Shown here in pieces: positions 15,975 to 25,607 of a DNA stretch of 64,000 nucleotides. The stretch is from a virus. Taxonomy: Duplodnaviria; Caudoviricetes. The notes beneath the pieces were generated by a model, which saw only the letters and a program-made list of their open reading frames with translations, ran no database searches and had not been told where the DNA came from. The stretch covers positions 6,470 to 70,469 of the IMG/VR virus record IMGVR_UViG_3300017700_000449; one strand, written 5' to 3'. Numbering within the stretch: the first letter of the stretch is position 1; each line of letters begins with the position of its first letter. A program made the position numbers and the translations under genes.

Positions 15975-18485
15975 TCAAAATACGGACGAGTCGTCGCCCA
16001 TGTCGGTGATCTCGCGCCCTGTCGCCTGGTCGACGATGGGCTTGGTGTCTTCTTTCTTCTTCGGCGGCGGCTTGGGCCAGTGGATCCCCTTGCCGAACAC
16101 GCGCTTCCCGGTCGGCCAGACGAAGTGCAGCATGCGCTGTTTCTCGCCTTCCTCTGGCTTGTGGTCAGGGTCGGGCATCTCGGCGATGCCGATGATGTTG
16201 TAGGGCAGGAGCGCTTCGCGGAATCGTTTCGTCTGCGCCACGATCTTGTTGCGGTATTTGACGCCGTCCTCGCCTTCCTCCTGCGGGATGATCTTCTTGT
16301 ACTCGATGCCGAGGTCGCGCCAGTGGATGACGAACCCGACGCCCGACAGACCGAGCGCCGCCGGCGGCACGATGGCCTTCGGCCCGTCGATCACCTTCAG
16401 CAAGGTCTTGAACAGCGCCGCGTTGTTCTCGGTCAGCATGAAGCCCTCGGGGCGGTCCTTGCGCTCGTCGCTCGCCATGCTCTCAGGGACGTGCTGCGCG
16501 GGCTCGACCGACGCCATGGACGTGATGTCCTCGCCGTCCTCGTCGACGCCGAGCACCACCTTCTGCAGGACGAACTGCCACGAAAGGCCGTCGTCGCCCT
16601 CGCGCTGCTTGTTCACCTTCACCCGGCGCAGCACGCGCCCGCTGTCGTCGCGCTTCTCTTTGGTGCCCGGCTTGCCGCCGTGTCCGCCGTCCTCGAACAC
16701 GCGCTCGACCAGGAGCGCCGCCTCGATGTTGTTGAAGAAGATCTCGTTGCCGCGGTGCTTGCCCTCGGCGTTCGTGTGCCCGACGATCCAGAGCGGACAG
16801 CCTGTCTTCTCCTTCACGATCGCGTAGTTGTTCATGATCTTGTTCAGATCCTCGCTCTTGATCTCGCTGGATCCGCGCGTCGCCGCGTTGTGCGTGTCGA
16901 TCACGGTGGCGGCGAGCGGGAGCTTGAACCGTTCGGCGATCTTCAGGATCTCGTCGGCCAGACCGATCGCGTTCTCCTCGTCGGCGTAAAGGTTCGGCGG
17001 CCTGGTCAGCCACGCGAAGGAGTGGAGATCCTCGACGGTCTTGCCGTGGTGCTTCATGTAGGCGCGCAGGCGGTTCTCGAACCCGGTCGCGCCCTCGTAG
17101 GTCAGGTAGACGAAGCCGCCGGGCACCACGCGCTTGCCGGCGAACTGCTCGCCGTCGTGGCAGTGCATCACCATGTCGAGCGTCTCGAACGTCTTCCCCG
17201 ATCGGCTCGGGCCCATGATCAGGAGGTTGTCCTCCATCGGCACGATGCCCTTGATCCGCCACGGGTAGGCCCGGACCGCGGCCCCGAGGTCGCGCGCTGT
17301 CTTCGCGCCGTACTTCGACTCGTACGGCTTCGGCGTCCAGGGCGGCAGCTCGTCCACGATCTCGAGGAGCTGGTCGCGCGTGCCGCCGCCGCGATCGCGC
17401 CAGTCCTTGACGTCGTCCTTCGGCCGGCAGTCGGACCAAACGTCCTTGAAGTTCAGCGTCCGCACGCCGGCGCCGACGGCGGTCAGCATCGCGGCCAGCT
17501 TGTCGGCCCGCTCCGACCCGGCCCTGTCGTTGTCCTTCAGGATGACGACGTCGCGCGCGCCGCGGAAGAACTCGGCGCAGCGCTCCGTGAAGTTTCCGGC
17601 GCCGCCGCTGTTCGTGGTGGCGATCAGGCCCCACTCGGTCAGGACGTCGACCTTCGCCTCGCCCTCGGGCAGGAATATCGTGCGCTGATCCTCGCGCGGC
17701 ACGCGCAGCTCGGCGGCGACCTCCAGCGAGTTGTAGAGCCAGTGCTCGACCGGCTTTGCGTCCTCGAAGAACCGACGCTCGGTCAGCTTCCACGCCGCGA
17801 AGTTCTCCTCGTTGAAGCGGATCCACATGCCCTTGTAGAGCATGAACTCCTGCGGGTGGCCGCGACCGTCCTCGGTGCTGAGAGCCCATATCCAGGCGGT
17901 GCCGTCCGGCGTCGGCCGGCGCTGCATGAACGTTTTCCAGGGCTTCCCGTCCTTGGTCAGGTGCCACGAACCGTCCTCCAGCTTCTTCTGGCTGCGGACG
18001 GTCTGGTAGATCAGCGCGCCCGCTTCGTCGTAGTAGTTCCACTCCTGGACGATCTCGTTTTTGCCTTTCGGCTTTTGAGAGTCGCGACGAGACCCGCCGT
18101 CGCCATCCGATGAAGGACGCGCGTCTCCGCCTGTCCCCTGCTGAGGCTTGGGTGCGCTCGCATCTCTCTTTCGATCAGATGAACCCACAGTTCGTCCGGA
18201 GTCGTCGGCGAGCGCGACGCCCGCCATGTCCGCGAGCTCCTTGACCGCGTCGACGAACGTGTAGCCTTCGTGCTGCTGGAGGTAGTCGAAGCAGTCCCCC
18301 GCTTTGTCGGACCCGCCATTGCCGAACTCCTTGAAGATCTGTTTGCTGTCGTTGATCGTGAAGGACGGGTTGTCCTCCATGACCATCTCGTGCCCCTGTT
18401 TGCGCAGCCTGTGCCGCCGACCGATCAGGTCGGACAGCTTGATCCGGTCGCGGATCTCTTGGAGGTCGCTCTCCCTAAACTTCAT
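15975..18485 (-). CDS. primase-helicase (DnaG-like N-domain + TOPRIM + RepA/AAA_25 helicase)
   Basis: PEGE..VD and DND TOPRIM motifs; GPSRSGKT Walker A; IDT Walker B; VGHTN, RG. Confidence 0.88.
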   Translation of the reverse strand: MKFRESDLQEIRDRIKLSDLIGRRHRLRKQGHEMVMEDNPSFTINDSKQIFKEFGNGGSDKAGDCFDYLQQHEGYTFVDAVKELADMAGVALADDSGRTVGSSDRKRDASAPKPQQGTGGDARPSSDGDGGSRRDSQKPKGKNEIVQEWNYYDEAGALIYQTVRSQKKLEDGSWHLTKDGKPWKTFMQRRPTPDGTAWIWALSTEDGRGHPQEFMLYKGMWIRFNEENFAAWKLTERRFFEDAKPVEHWLYNSLEVAAELRVPREDQRTIFLPEGEAKVDVLTEWGLIATTNSGGAGNFTERCAEFFRGARDVVILKDNDRAGSERADKLAAMLTAVGAGVRTLNFKDVWSDCRPKDDVKDWRDRGGGTRDQLLEIVDELPPWTPKPYESKYGAKTARDLGAAVRAYPWRIKGIVPMEDNLLIMGPSRSGKTFETLDMVMHCHDGEQFAGKRVVPGGFVYLTYEGATGFENRLRAYMKHHGKTVEDLHSFAWLTRPPNLYADEENAIGLADEILKIAERFKLPLAATVIDTHNAATRGSSEIKSEDLNKIMNNYAIVKEKTGCPLWIVGHTNAEGKHRGNEIFFNNIEAALLVERVFEDGGHGGKPGTKEKRDDSGRVLRRVKVNKQREGDDGLSWQFVLQKVVLGVDEDGEDITSMASVEPAQHVPESMASDERKDRPEGFMLTENNAALFKTLLKVIDGPKAIVPPAALGLSGVGFVIHWRDLGIEYKKIIPQEEGEDGVKYRNKIVAQTKRFREALLPYNIIGIAEMPDPDHKPEEGEKQRMLHFVWPTGKRVFGKGIHWPKPPPKKKEDTKPIVDQATGREITDMGDDSSVF

Positions 18486-18506
18486 TCCAGTCTTCTCCCG
18501 CCGCCA

Positions 18507-19094
18507 TCAAGCAGCGAACTTGTCGAGTTCTTTTCCGAAGCCGGCCCAACCCGGCCTACGCTGTCTGCTGTAAATGTCGGCCCTTCGCCAGCCCGGAGTT
18601 AGCCTTTCGAAGTGTTCGTACACCTCGTCTGGCTTTCGGCTGTGCTCGCGCGCGAGCCCTTCGATTTCGACGCCCTCCGACGACTCGATCAGGTTCTTGA
18701 TCGACCTGCCGCGCAGTTTGTTTCTGCCTTTCGTGGCTATGATGAAGGGCTCGCAAACGCTGCGCATGACGTGCCCCGTCCCCCATCGCAGCTTTCCGTT
18801 CTTGGTGCGCTTCGACCACGCTCCGCCGGTCTGGATGCGCAGCCCCCACACGTTCTCGACGATCATGTGCTGCTTGCCGAACAGCGGCCACGTGCACCAG
18901 ATGACCGCGGCCCCGCCGTCGTGCAGCAGGTCGGCCACCGGGAGCGAGTAGATCTCGTCCCAAGTCTGCGTCTCGTAGTGAGCGTCGGGAGACTTCTTCT
19001 TGCCTTTGTCCGACCACGTCGACCACGGCCACGCAGGGTCGATCATGACGAAGTCAAAGGACCGAGGCTTCAGCGGGGCGAACGCGAAGCTCAT
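18507..19094 (-). CDS. MT-A70 family (Ime4-like) amino-methyltransferase
   Basis: FDFVMIDPAW, HYETQ, HSRKPDEVY, IYSR...GW..FG pattern. Confidence 0.85.
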   Translation of the reverse strand: MSFAFAPLKPRSFDFVMIDPAWPWSTWSDKGKKKSPDAHYETQTWDEIYSLPVADLLHDGGAAVIWCTWPLFGKQHMIVENVWGLRIQTGGAWSKRTKNGKLRWGTGHVMRSVCEPFIIATKGRNKLRGRSIKNLIESSEGVEIEGLAREHSRKPDEVYEHFERLTPGWRRADIYSRQRRPGWAGFGKELDKFAA

Positions 19095-20134
19095 GACGTT
19101 TCCTTCATGAAGAACCCGAGCTTCTCGTAGGGGACGATCTGCAGCTTCATCTGTCGCAGGCTCTGGTTCAGGCCGTAGATCATGTCCTCGACGGCGGTGC
19201 CGCCGCGGGAAACGCCGGCGACCTGCGCCAGCTTCTCGACCCCGAGGCAGCCCTGACCCATGAGGTTGTGCATGTGCTGCGCCAACCGAGCCTCGGCGAT
19301 CGGGAGCGTCAGCTTCATGCCGTTGTGCTCGAACGCTTCGTGCGTCTGAGCCTTGGTCGGCCTCTGCGACGCCGCGAACTTTTCCCGCGCTTCGTCGAGC
19401 TGCTCGGGCGTCAGCTTCGCCGTCGGGACAGGCTTGACCGTCTTCATCGGCGGCGGCCTGTGCTTCCCGGCGGCGATAGCTTTAGCCAACCGCGACGTCC
19501 CCATACCTCTCGGCGCGTTCGGGTTGGCGCCGACCTCTCGACCCTTCTCCGTCAGGGTCATCTTGCCGTCCTGGTCGCGGACCACCCGGCCCTCGTTGAC
19601 GTAGCGGTAGAACTCGGGAGCGATCTGGTTGAACGACACCCCGGGCCACCAGCGGTCGCGGATCTTCTCGACCAGCAGCGTCGCGGTCAGGCCGTCGGAA
19701 GGTCCTTCGCGCAGCGTCTCGTAGACCATCTGGTAGGTCGTGGGGATGTCCGCCGGCCGTGGCACCAGCGCGTGTGCCTTCGCTTTCACGGGATCTTTCC
19801 TGTCCTCCCTGTCGGCGCGGGTCTGCATGCGCTTCAGAGACGCCTCGCTGACCGGCACCCTTTTGCTTTCGTCAAAGGATGAAGAACCGGCGAACTCCGC
19901 CGCGTCGGGAAGCGCGGCGACGGCGTCGGCGACGCCCTCCGGCCACTCCTCAGATGGCTGCGACGTGAACGCGGCGCGACCGTGTCCCACGTTTTTCTCG
20001 CCGTACAGGATCAGGAGGTCGCGCAGCAGCTCCTCCTTCAGCTTCATCGCAGGCACTTCGGACAGCGCGATCTGGACGCGCACAAGCTCGCCTCGCGCGC
20101 TGGACAGAAACTGTTTGGTCGCTTCCTCGGTCAT
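19091..20134 (-). CDS. hypothetical protein with winged-helix-like segments
   Basis: In replication operon with ATGA overlaps; wHTH-like LTATLLVEKIRDRWW. Confidence 0.6.
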   Translation of the reverse strand: MTEEATKQFLSSARGELVRVQIALSEVPAMKLKEELLRDLLILYGEKNVGHGRAAFTSQPSEEWPEGVADAVAALPDAAEFAGSSSFDESKRVPVSEASLKRMQTRADREDRKDPVKAKAHALVPRPADIPTTYQMVYETLREGPSDGLTATLLVEKIRDRWWPGVSFNQIAPEFYRYVNEGRVVRDQDGKMTLTEKGREVGANPNAPRGMGTSRLAKAIAAGKHRPPPMKTVKPVPTAKLTPEQLDEAREKFAASQRPTKAQTHEAFEHNGMKLTLPIAEARLAQHMHNLMGQGCLGVEKLAQVAGVSRGGTAVEDMIYGLNQSLRQMKLQIVPYEKLGFFMKETS

Positions 20135-20454
20135 CGTTTCTTGCCCTTCCATTTCCTGTCTTCTTCGGCCTTCTTTTCCAGATCCTGCTGCTCCAGCGAC
20201 TCGATCAGCATGCGAACGTCGCGCATCATCAGGTACTCTCGAAGCCACCCCTGCGACATCTCGGGACCTTCCATCCTGTAACGGTGCTGGATCATCGAGA
20301 TCCTGCCGATCGCGTGGTCGTAGATCCTTTCCCGGCGATCTACCTTCATCAGCTCGGGGTATTTCTTCCGAACCATGTCAGCCAGAGCGTCGCCTGCCCC
20401 TATCTCCTGCGGAGTTTCGTCGGGCGCCTGTCCGTCCTCGATCTCGTTGCTCAA
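20131..20454 (-). CDS. hypothetical protein
   Basis: TTGA/ATGA overlaps with neighbours. Confidence 0.55.
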   Translation of the reverse strand: MSNEIEDGQAPDETPQEIGAGDALADMVRKKYPELMKVDRRERIYDHAIGRISMIQHRYRMEGPEMSQGWLREYLMMRDVRMLIESLEQQDLEKKAEEDRKWKGKKR

Positions 20455-21080
20455 AGCGGGATGTCCTCGTCGTCGCCTTCGACCCACCGCGCCTCGGCAG
20501 GCTGCGCCTTGATCGCAGGTCGTCGCGTGCGGGGAGGCATCGGCACCGGCCTGGGCGCGCCGTCGAACCCGCGCTTGAACGCGCCGTAGGCGGCGATCAG
20601 ATACGCCTCGGCGCGCTGATGGTGATACTTGAACTTCAGGTCGGGAGCGACGAGGGGAAACTGCTTGATCACCAACTGGCGACCGACCTCTTTGCTGGCC
20701 TTGCCACCCTCAAGCCCGAAGTGTCGCTTCCAGCTCGAGGAGGCGACCATGGTGTAGGGGATGTCGAGGCAGGCCACGATCGACTTGATCGCGAAGAACG
20801 CTCCCCCGAACCTGAACAGCGACGTGCCGCCGAACTTGACGTCCTCGCCGGTCTTCTCGTCTTTGCCGGGGCGAGCGTTGACGATCTCGATGAACGCGTG
20901 ATCGGGCCTGAACGACCAGATCAGATCGCGGAGCATCGCATATTCGATCTCGCGAAACTTCTTGTCTTTGGTGATCTCGGTGGTCGGGATGTCCGCGACC
21001 ACGGAGACGTTGCTGACCTCGTCGGTGAAAAGGCCGACGGCCCCGCTGATGCCGGGGTCGATGCCGAGTATGCGAACCAC
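20451..21080 (-). CDS. ruvC: RuvC-like Holliday junction resolvase
   Basis: ILGIDPG, FIE, WKRHFGL, RAEAYLIA. Confidence 0.85.
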   Translation of the reverse strand: MVRILGIDPGISGAVGLFTDEVSNVSVVADIPTTEITKDKKFREIEYAMLRDLIWSFRPDHAFIEIVNARPGKDEKTGEDVKFGGTSLFRFGGAFFAIKSIVACLDIPYTMVASSSWKRHFGLEGGKASKEVGRQLVIKQFPLVAPDLKFKYHHQRAEAYLIAAYGAFKRGFDGAPRPVPMPPRTRRPAIKAQPAEARWVEGDDEDIPL

Positions 21081-21113
21081 GAAAACCTCCTGCTGGCGGG
21101 ACGACCAAGCCCC

Positions 21114-21596
21114 TCAGTTCGGCTTCCCCGAGGTCGGGCCGCGACCGATACGGCTGAGATTAGCATCAGCTTTGTCGGCCAGCGCTTGAACGTGTGCCGA
21201 CGCAGAGGACGGGGCGGCCGCGCTGGCGCCGGGCTGTCGAAGGTTGCGCGGCCGAAGGTCCGTCTCCCCTTCCGGAGTGCCTGCGGCGTCGCCGGTCACG
21301 CGCAAAAGGTCCTTGTTTTCGCCCCAGGCGCGCTCGCAGTAAATTTCAAAATGAAAGCGAAACGCTTCGCGAGCGACAGGATCCATTTTTTCCAGTCTGC
21401 AGAACACGCCGTAGGCGCCCTTGTGCAGCTTTTCGTTTTCGACCGCGTCGGCGATCAGCTCGCCTTTTCGGACGCGAGCGTTCTTGATGGTGTTGTCAGC
21501 GTTGAGGACTTTGCCGTGCAGGTCTTTGAACTTCTGCGGCTTGATCGCCTCGTGCGACGTCTGATCGTCGCGTTCTTCCTGGACAGTTTTTGACAT
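21114..21596 (-). CDS. possible GapR/DUF2312-like DNA-binding protein
   Basis: First gene of the replication operon; helix pattern ..ADAVENEKLHKGA..RLEKMD..Y resembles GapR-like phage proteins. Confidence 0.4.
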   Translation of the reverse strand: MSKTVQEERDDQTSHEAIKPQKFKDLHGKVLNADNTIKNARVRKGELIADAVENEKLHKGAYGVFCRLEKMDPVAREAFRFHFEIYCERAWGENKDLLRVTGDAAGTPEGETDLRPRNLRQPGASAAAPSSASAHVQALADKADANLSRIGRGPTSGKPN

Positions 21597-21898
21597 GCTG
21601 CTCCCTCGAAAGTAACGGCCCCCGCGAAAGAGCGACCTGTCGGCGGGGGCCGTCGTATGCTGCGGGACCGGACGCCTTGGCGGTGAACGGAGGCAGCAAT
21701 CTGGTGAAGGGAAGAACAGGTCGCTTTCCGCCTATGGTCCCGAACGGCGAGTCAGTCAACCGGTTTTCTGAACGGCTCGGACGAAGAGCAAGCGCCCTAG
21801 CGCGCGCGGTGATCTAGGCACTGTAGAGGAGGAAAACGCTTGAAGCGTTTCCCCCTGAACCATCAACTCCTGCGTTTCAAGGCCGCGCGCGAAAGCCC

Positions 21899-22026
21899 TG
21901 TCACCATTTTCGCGACGGCCTGTCAACGGTGACGCGAGGCGGTGACGGACGGGTGATTTCCCCGGTGACGGTGACGTCACGGCGGCCATGTCTTTGACGG
22001 GACAGGGCGAACCGGCGCGTCACCGC
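21899..22026. repeat. GGTGACG iteron-like cluster 2 in the major divergent intergenic region (candidate origin/operator)
   Basis: Direct copies at 21928, 21941, 21964 and 21970; inverted copies near 21899 and at 22017..22026. Confidence 0.65.
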
Positions 22027-22094
22027 TCCCTTGATCGGGGTCGATAATTTTCCCCGACTTTTTCGTGAGGGAACAGAAAACGCTGGACGACACC

Positions 22095-22110
22095 AAACTC
22101 TGCGCATAGG
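22095..22110 (+). promoter_or_regulatory. 16-bp recurring motif AAACTCTGCGCATAGG
   Basis: About 50 bp upstream of the first early gene; matches three other intergenic copies. Confidence 0.5.
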
Positions 22111-22162
22111 TGTCGTTCTCAGCGACGCTCTCCTGGCGTCGAACAACAGAGGAAAACTGCTC

Positions 22163-23248
22163 ATGCGAAACGGACGTTCCCTTCAGGATCTGGCGGCCGA
22201 GATCGATCGCCGCGCCAACAACAAATCGGACCTGGTGGTCAGCACGAAAAACCTGATCATGGACCCGGAGACCGCCGGCCTGCGGATCGGTGACGCCCGG
22301 TTCTACGGCGTGAACGGCATCGCCCACGGCCAGATCGGGGCGCACCTGGAGATCCCGACGAAATACTACGACAAGATGCTGCGCGAGGACAAAGCCCTCC
22401 TGTCGTCGAACGTGAACGCGTGGTTCGAGAAGTACCCGGTTCCTCGGATGGTCCGCACGCTGGACAACACGGCCCGCGCGTTCCTGTCCGACAAGTTCTC
22501 GCCCGACATGGAGAACGAAGATCTGGCCGAGGCCGTCCTGCCGGTGCTGCTGGACATGGACCTTGCGATCATGTCCTGCGAGATCACCGACCGCCGTCTC
22601 TACATCAAGGCCGTCGACAAGAAGGTCGAGCGCGCCCTGAAGCAAGCGAACGCGAAGTTCGGGGACGGAGGCCACACCATCGTCCGCATCCAGTCGCCGG
22701 CGATCACGATCTCGAACAGCGAGGTAGGGATGGGCGCGCTGTCTATTCAGGGCGGCGTCTACGACGGGTTCTGCTCGAACCTCGCTTCCTTCGGGGAACG
22801 GTCGATGCGCCGGGCCCACGTTGGCCAGAAAACCACGATCGCTGAAGGCGAGCTCTACGCGATGCTGTCCGACAAGTCGAAGCGCCTGAACAACGCCGCG
22901 CTCTGGTCGACGGTCCGCGACGTCGTGCGCGCGGTGTTCGACCGAGCGAAGTTCGACTCGCTCGTCGACAAGATCGAAGGGACGCAGGCCGACACCATCG
23001 ACGGCGACGTCGTCAAGGTCGTCGAACTGTCGAGCAAGCGACTCGGTTTGCTCGAGGCCGAGGGCAAGTCCGTGTTGAAGCATCTGATCGACGGCGGCAG
23101 CGCGACCCGGTTCGGTCTCTACAACGCAATCACCCGGATGTCGCAGGACGTCGAGTCCTACGACCGGGCGACCGAGCTGGAGCGCATCGGGGCGCAGGTG
23201 ATCGAACTACCGAAGTCAGACTGGAAAGTTCTGGCCGAAGCTGCCTGA
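22163..23248 (+). CDS. DUF932-family protein
   Basis: VRTLD..ARAFLSD, ISNSEVGMGAL..CSNL, TRFGLYNAITR; AGAGG SD before ATG 22163. Confidence 0.78.
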   Translation: MRNGRSLQDLAAEIDRRANNKSDLVVSTKNLIMDPETAGLRIGDARFYGVNGIAHGQIGAHLEIPTKYYDKMLREDKALLSSNVNAWFEKYPVPRMVRTLDNTARAFLSDKFSPDMENEDLAEAVLPVLLDMDLAIMSCEITDRRLYIKAVDKKVERALKQANAKFGDGGHTIVRIQSPAITISNSEVGMGALSIQGGVYDGFCSNLASFGERSMRRAHVGQKTTIAEGELYAMLSDKSKRLNNAALWSTVRDVVRAVFDRAKFDSLVDKIEGTQADTIDGDVVKVVELSSKRLGLLEAEGKSVLKHLIDGGSATRFGLYNAITRMSQDVESYDRATELERIGAQVIELPKSDWKVLAEAA

Positions 23249-23338
23249 CACTCAGATCCGGCGGTTTGTTGTGAGCTGACCGGCGACTCGGCGGGACGGC
23301 GCGAATGCCTCCCGCCTCTTTTTACCGACGAGGGCTTC

Positions 23339-23509
23339 ATGGGCGAACGCAAGATGGGACCGCGCGAGGCGCAACTGTTCGCGATGCGCGAGTCTCGGTA
23401 CCGCCGAGCGCAGGCGATGAACGCCGCCGCCGAGCCGGCGCCCAAGCTGAAGAAGATCGCGAAGAAGACCGCGAAAAAGAAACCGAAGAACAAAAAGGGG
23501 AAGACCTGA
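23339..23509 (+). CDS. small Lys-rich protein (56 aa)
   Basis: GAGGG SD; TGATG coupling to the next gene. Confidence 0.5.
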   Translation: MGERKMGPREAQLFAMRESRYRRAQAMNAAAEPAPKLKKIAKKTAKKKPKNKKGKT

Positions 23510-23856
23510 TGTGGATCATGTTGAACAACGCGTTTCTGTCGATCGTCAGCAAGGACTGCGGGCCGGGCGAACTGCTCGTTCGGGCTCGCCGCGAAGGAGA
23601 CATCGAGCGTGTCTTTCCGGAAGCTGTCGTCACCCAATACACGAAGTCGGACTACCTGTTCCGCGCGGTGGTCTCTCGTCGCGACGTCGACGCCGCCATG
23701 ACTTCGAGCCTGGACGACATCGACTACCCCAACTTCAAGAGCAGCGTGGTCGAGAACGATCTGCACGACGCCTACCTGAAGGTCTGGACCGTGATGGCGG
23801 CCTTGCAGCCGACCGAGCCCTACACCGGCAAGAAGCGGAAGGTCGCCAAGCGATGA
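23509..23856 (+). CDS. conserved-looking phage hypothetical protein
   Basis: MWIMLNNAFLSIV..LLVRAR..DY.FRA..DYPNFK. Confidence 0.7.
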   Translation: MWIMLNNAFLSIVSKDCGPGELLVRARREGDIERVFPEAVVTQYTKSDYLFRAVVSRRDVDAAMTSSLDDIDYPNFKSSVVENDLHDAYLKVWTVMAALQPTEPYTGKKRKVAKR

Positions 23857-25178
23857 ACATGCACGTCCCTGCTTTGCAGCGCAGCCTGCCTGACGTGGTC
23901 GCCGAATACGACCTGAAGTTCGCCGACATCGACGCTGCGATCGAGCGGTTCGAGCGCGCGGGCTTTGACGCGAAGAACGCGTCGCAGGTCGGTGGTACTG
24001 TGACGGCGATCTCGCTGGACGTCGGGCACCTTCACCGGCGAACGATGCAGGACAGCCTCCTTCGGTCGGCGTGGATGCACGTCTACAAGGGCCTGAACAT
24101 CGAACTGATCGCCACGGCGCGAGACAGGAAGCTGTTCGAGCAGTCTATGGAGAAGCCGGCTCCCTTCACCTTGGAGAACATCAAGGCGACGTTCGGCCGC
24201 TACATCCTGGACCCGCGCGGCAACATCCTGCGAGGACTTGCCGAGACGTTCTGCGCGCTCGACCAGGCGTACCGCAGCCACGAGAAGATGAAGATCGGCG
24301 TCTCCGGTCTGCCGAAGCGGATCGTGCTGTCGAACGTCGCGGGCTACGGGTCGTGGGGACGCGAGCGGCTGGTCGACGTCCTGAACGCGCTCGCCTCCTA
24401 CCGCGGCGAGCCGCTGATCGAGCACGGCGACATGAAGCCCGTCGACGACCTTCACAGTTATTTCAAACCGTCCGCAGGACAGGCCGTCATCCGAGGCCTG
24501 ACCATCAAGAAGTTCATGAACGGCAACGCGCACCTGATGTTCAACCAGGCGGCGCTGCGCGACATCAACCGCGCGCTGGCGGAATACTACGGCGACGTCC
24601 TCGCCGACTGCCCCGAGGAGCGGCCGGCGAAGCAGACCTCGACCGAGGTCAGCAAGGACCTCGCGTTTTACCCTACGCCTCAGTCAGCCATAGAGTGGAC
24701 GATGGGTCAGATCTCGCGCCGTCACGGGAGCGACGCCCTGCGCAACAAGAAGACGCTGGAGCCGTCGTGCGGCGACGGTCGCTTCATGATCGAGCTGCAG
24801 CGAAAGGGCGCCCACGTCGTCGGCTTCGAGGTCGACGTCGGCCGCGCAGGCCAGTGCCGGCAGAAGGGGCTGCGCGTTTCGTGCGTGAACTTTCTTGCGA
24901 CGGCTCCGTGCGGCACCTACGACGCGGTGGTGATGAACCCGCCGTTCGCCGGCAGGCACTACGAGAAACACGTTCGGCACGCCTATGCTTTCCTGAAGCC
25001 GGGCGGGCACCTGTTCGCCATCTTGCCCGCGACGGCGGTCGATCACGGCCTGCTCGACGATGTCGGGGTCAGGTCTCGCTGGAGCGACTCGCCGTGGGAA
25101 CATCTGCCGGTCGGGTCGTTCAGCGAGAGCGGCACGAACATCAACACCGTCCTGTTCAGCGTCACGAAAGGAGCCTGA
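23853..25178 (+). CDS. DUF4942-like domain + class I SAM N6-adenine/N4-cytosine methyltransferase
   Basis: FYPTP, LEPSCGDG, VVMNPPF, ESGT motifs; N-terminal KKFMNGNAHLMF. Confidence 0.85.
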   Translation: MNMHVPALQRSLPDVVAEYDLKFADIDAAIERFERAGFDAKNASQVGGTVTAISLDVGHLHRRTMQDSLLRSAWMHVYKGLNIELIATARDRKLFEQSMEKPAPFTLENIKATFGRYILDPRGNILRGLAETFCALDQAYRSHEKMKIGVSGLPKRIVLSNVAGYGSWGRERLVDVLNALASYRGEPLIEHGDMKPVDDLHSYFKPSAGQAVIRGLTIKKFMNGNAHLMFNQAALRDINRALAEYYGDVLADCPEERPAKQTSTEVSKDLAFYPTPQSAIEWTMGQISRRHGSDALRNKKTLEPSCGDGRFMIELQRKGAHVVGFEVDVGRAGQCRQKGLRVSCVNFLATAPCGTYDAVVMNPPFAGRHYEKHVRHAYAFLKPGGHLFAILPATAVDHGLLDDVGVRSRWSDSPWEHLPVGSFSESGTNINTVLFSVTKGA

Positions 25179-25180
25179 CC

Positions 25181-25606
25181 GTGGTCGCATACTCGTTCAA
25201 GGAACGCTTCGTCGCCCCCATCGAGGTCGGGCTCGGTCGCGAGATCACCGGGCCGACGACGGTCGACTTTCCGGCGCCGAAGCTTCAGACCATCCGCGCG
25301 CACGGCAAACGCCGACACGCGCGTCCCGGCGAGATCCTGCAGCTTTACTACGCGATGCGGACCAAGCAGTGCCGACTGATCGGTGTCGCGAAGTGCACCG
25401 ATGTCCTGCCAATTATCATCTGGCCGCAGACCGGGGCGATCATGCTAGACGGAAAGCTGCTTACGTCTCGACAGCTCAATCGGTTCGCGCAGAGCGATGG
25501 CTTCGTCAGCATCATCGACATGATGGCATTCTGGCAGGAGGAGCATCCCGGCGACAAGTTCGAAGGTGTGTGCGTTCGCTGGGAGCCGATCAACGGGGAG
25601 CCGTGA
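25181..25606 (+). CDS. ASCH/PUA-like domain protein
   Basis: YSFKERF..KLQTIR..RPGEILQLY..RTK..FAQSDGF. Confidence 0.7.
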   Translation: MVAYSFKERFVAPIEVGLGREITGPTTVDFPAPKLQTIRAHGKRRHARPGEILQLYYAMRTKQCRLIGVAKCTDVLPIIIWPQTGAIMLDGKLLTSRQLNRFAQSDGFVSIIDMMAFWQEEHPGDKFEGVCVRWEPINGEP

Positions 25607-25607
25607 C

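Noticed and set aside
15900-18113. Long plus-strand ORF (737 aa) opposite the primase-helicase, and similar antisense or off-frame ORFs across the window (e.g. 669..1556, 4087..5421, 19740..21593, 21977..23083, 54861..56201)
   Set aside because: Shadow ORFs from high-GC codon bias; no motifs, and they overlap clearly recognisable genes
15975-18485. Intein or intron in the large primase-helicase or in TerL
   Set aside because: No C/S...HN-C/S/T splice junctions or LAGLIDADG motifs noticed; lengths are explained by the domains
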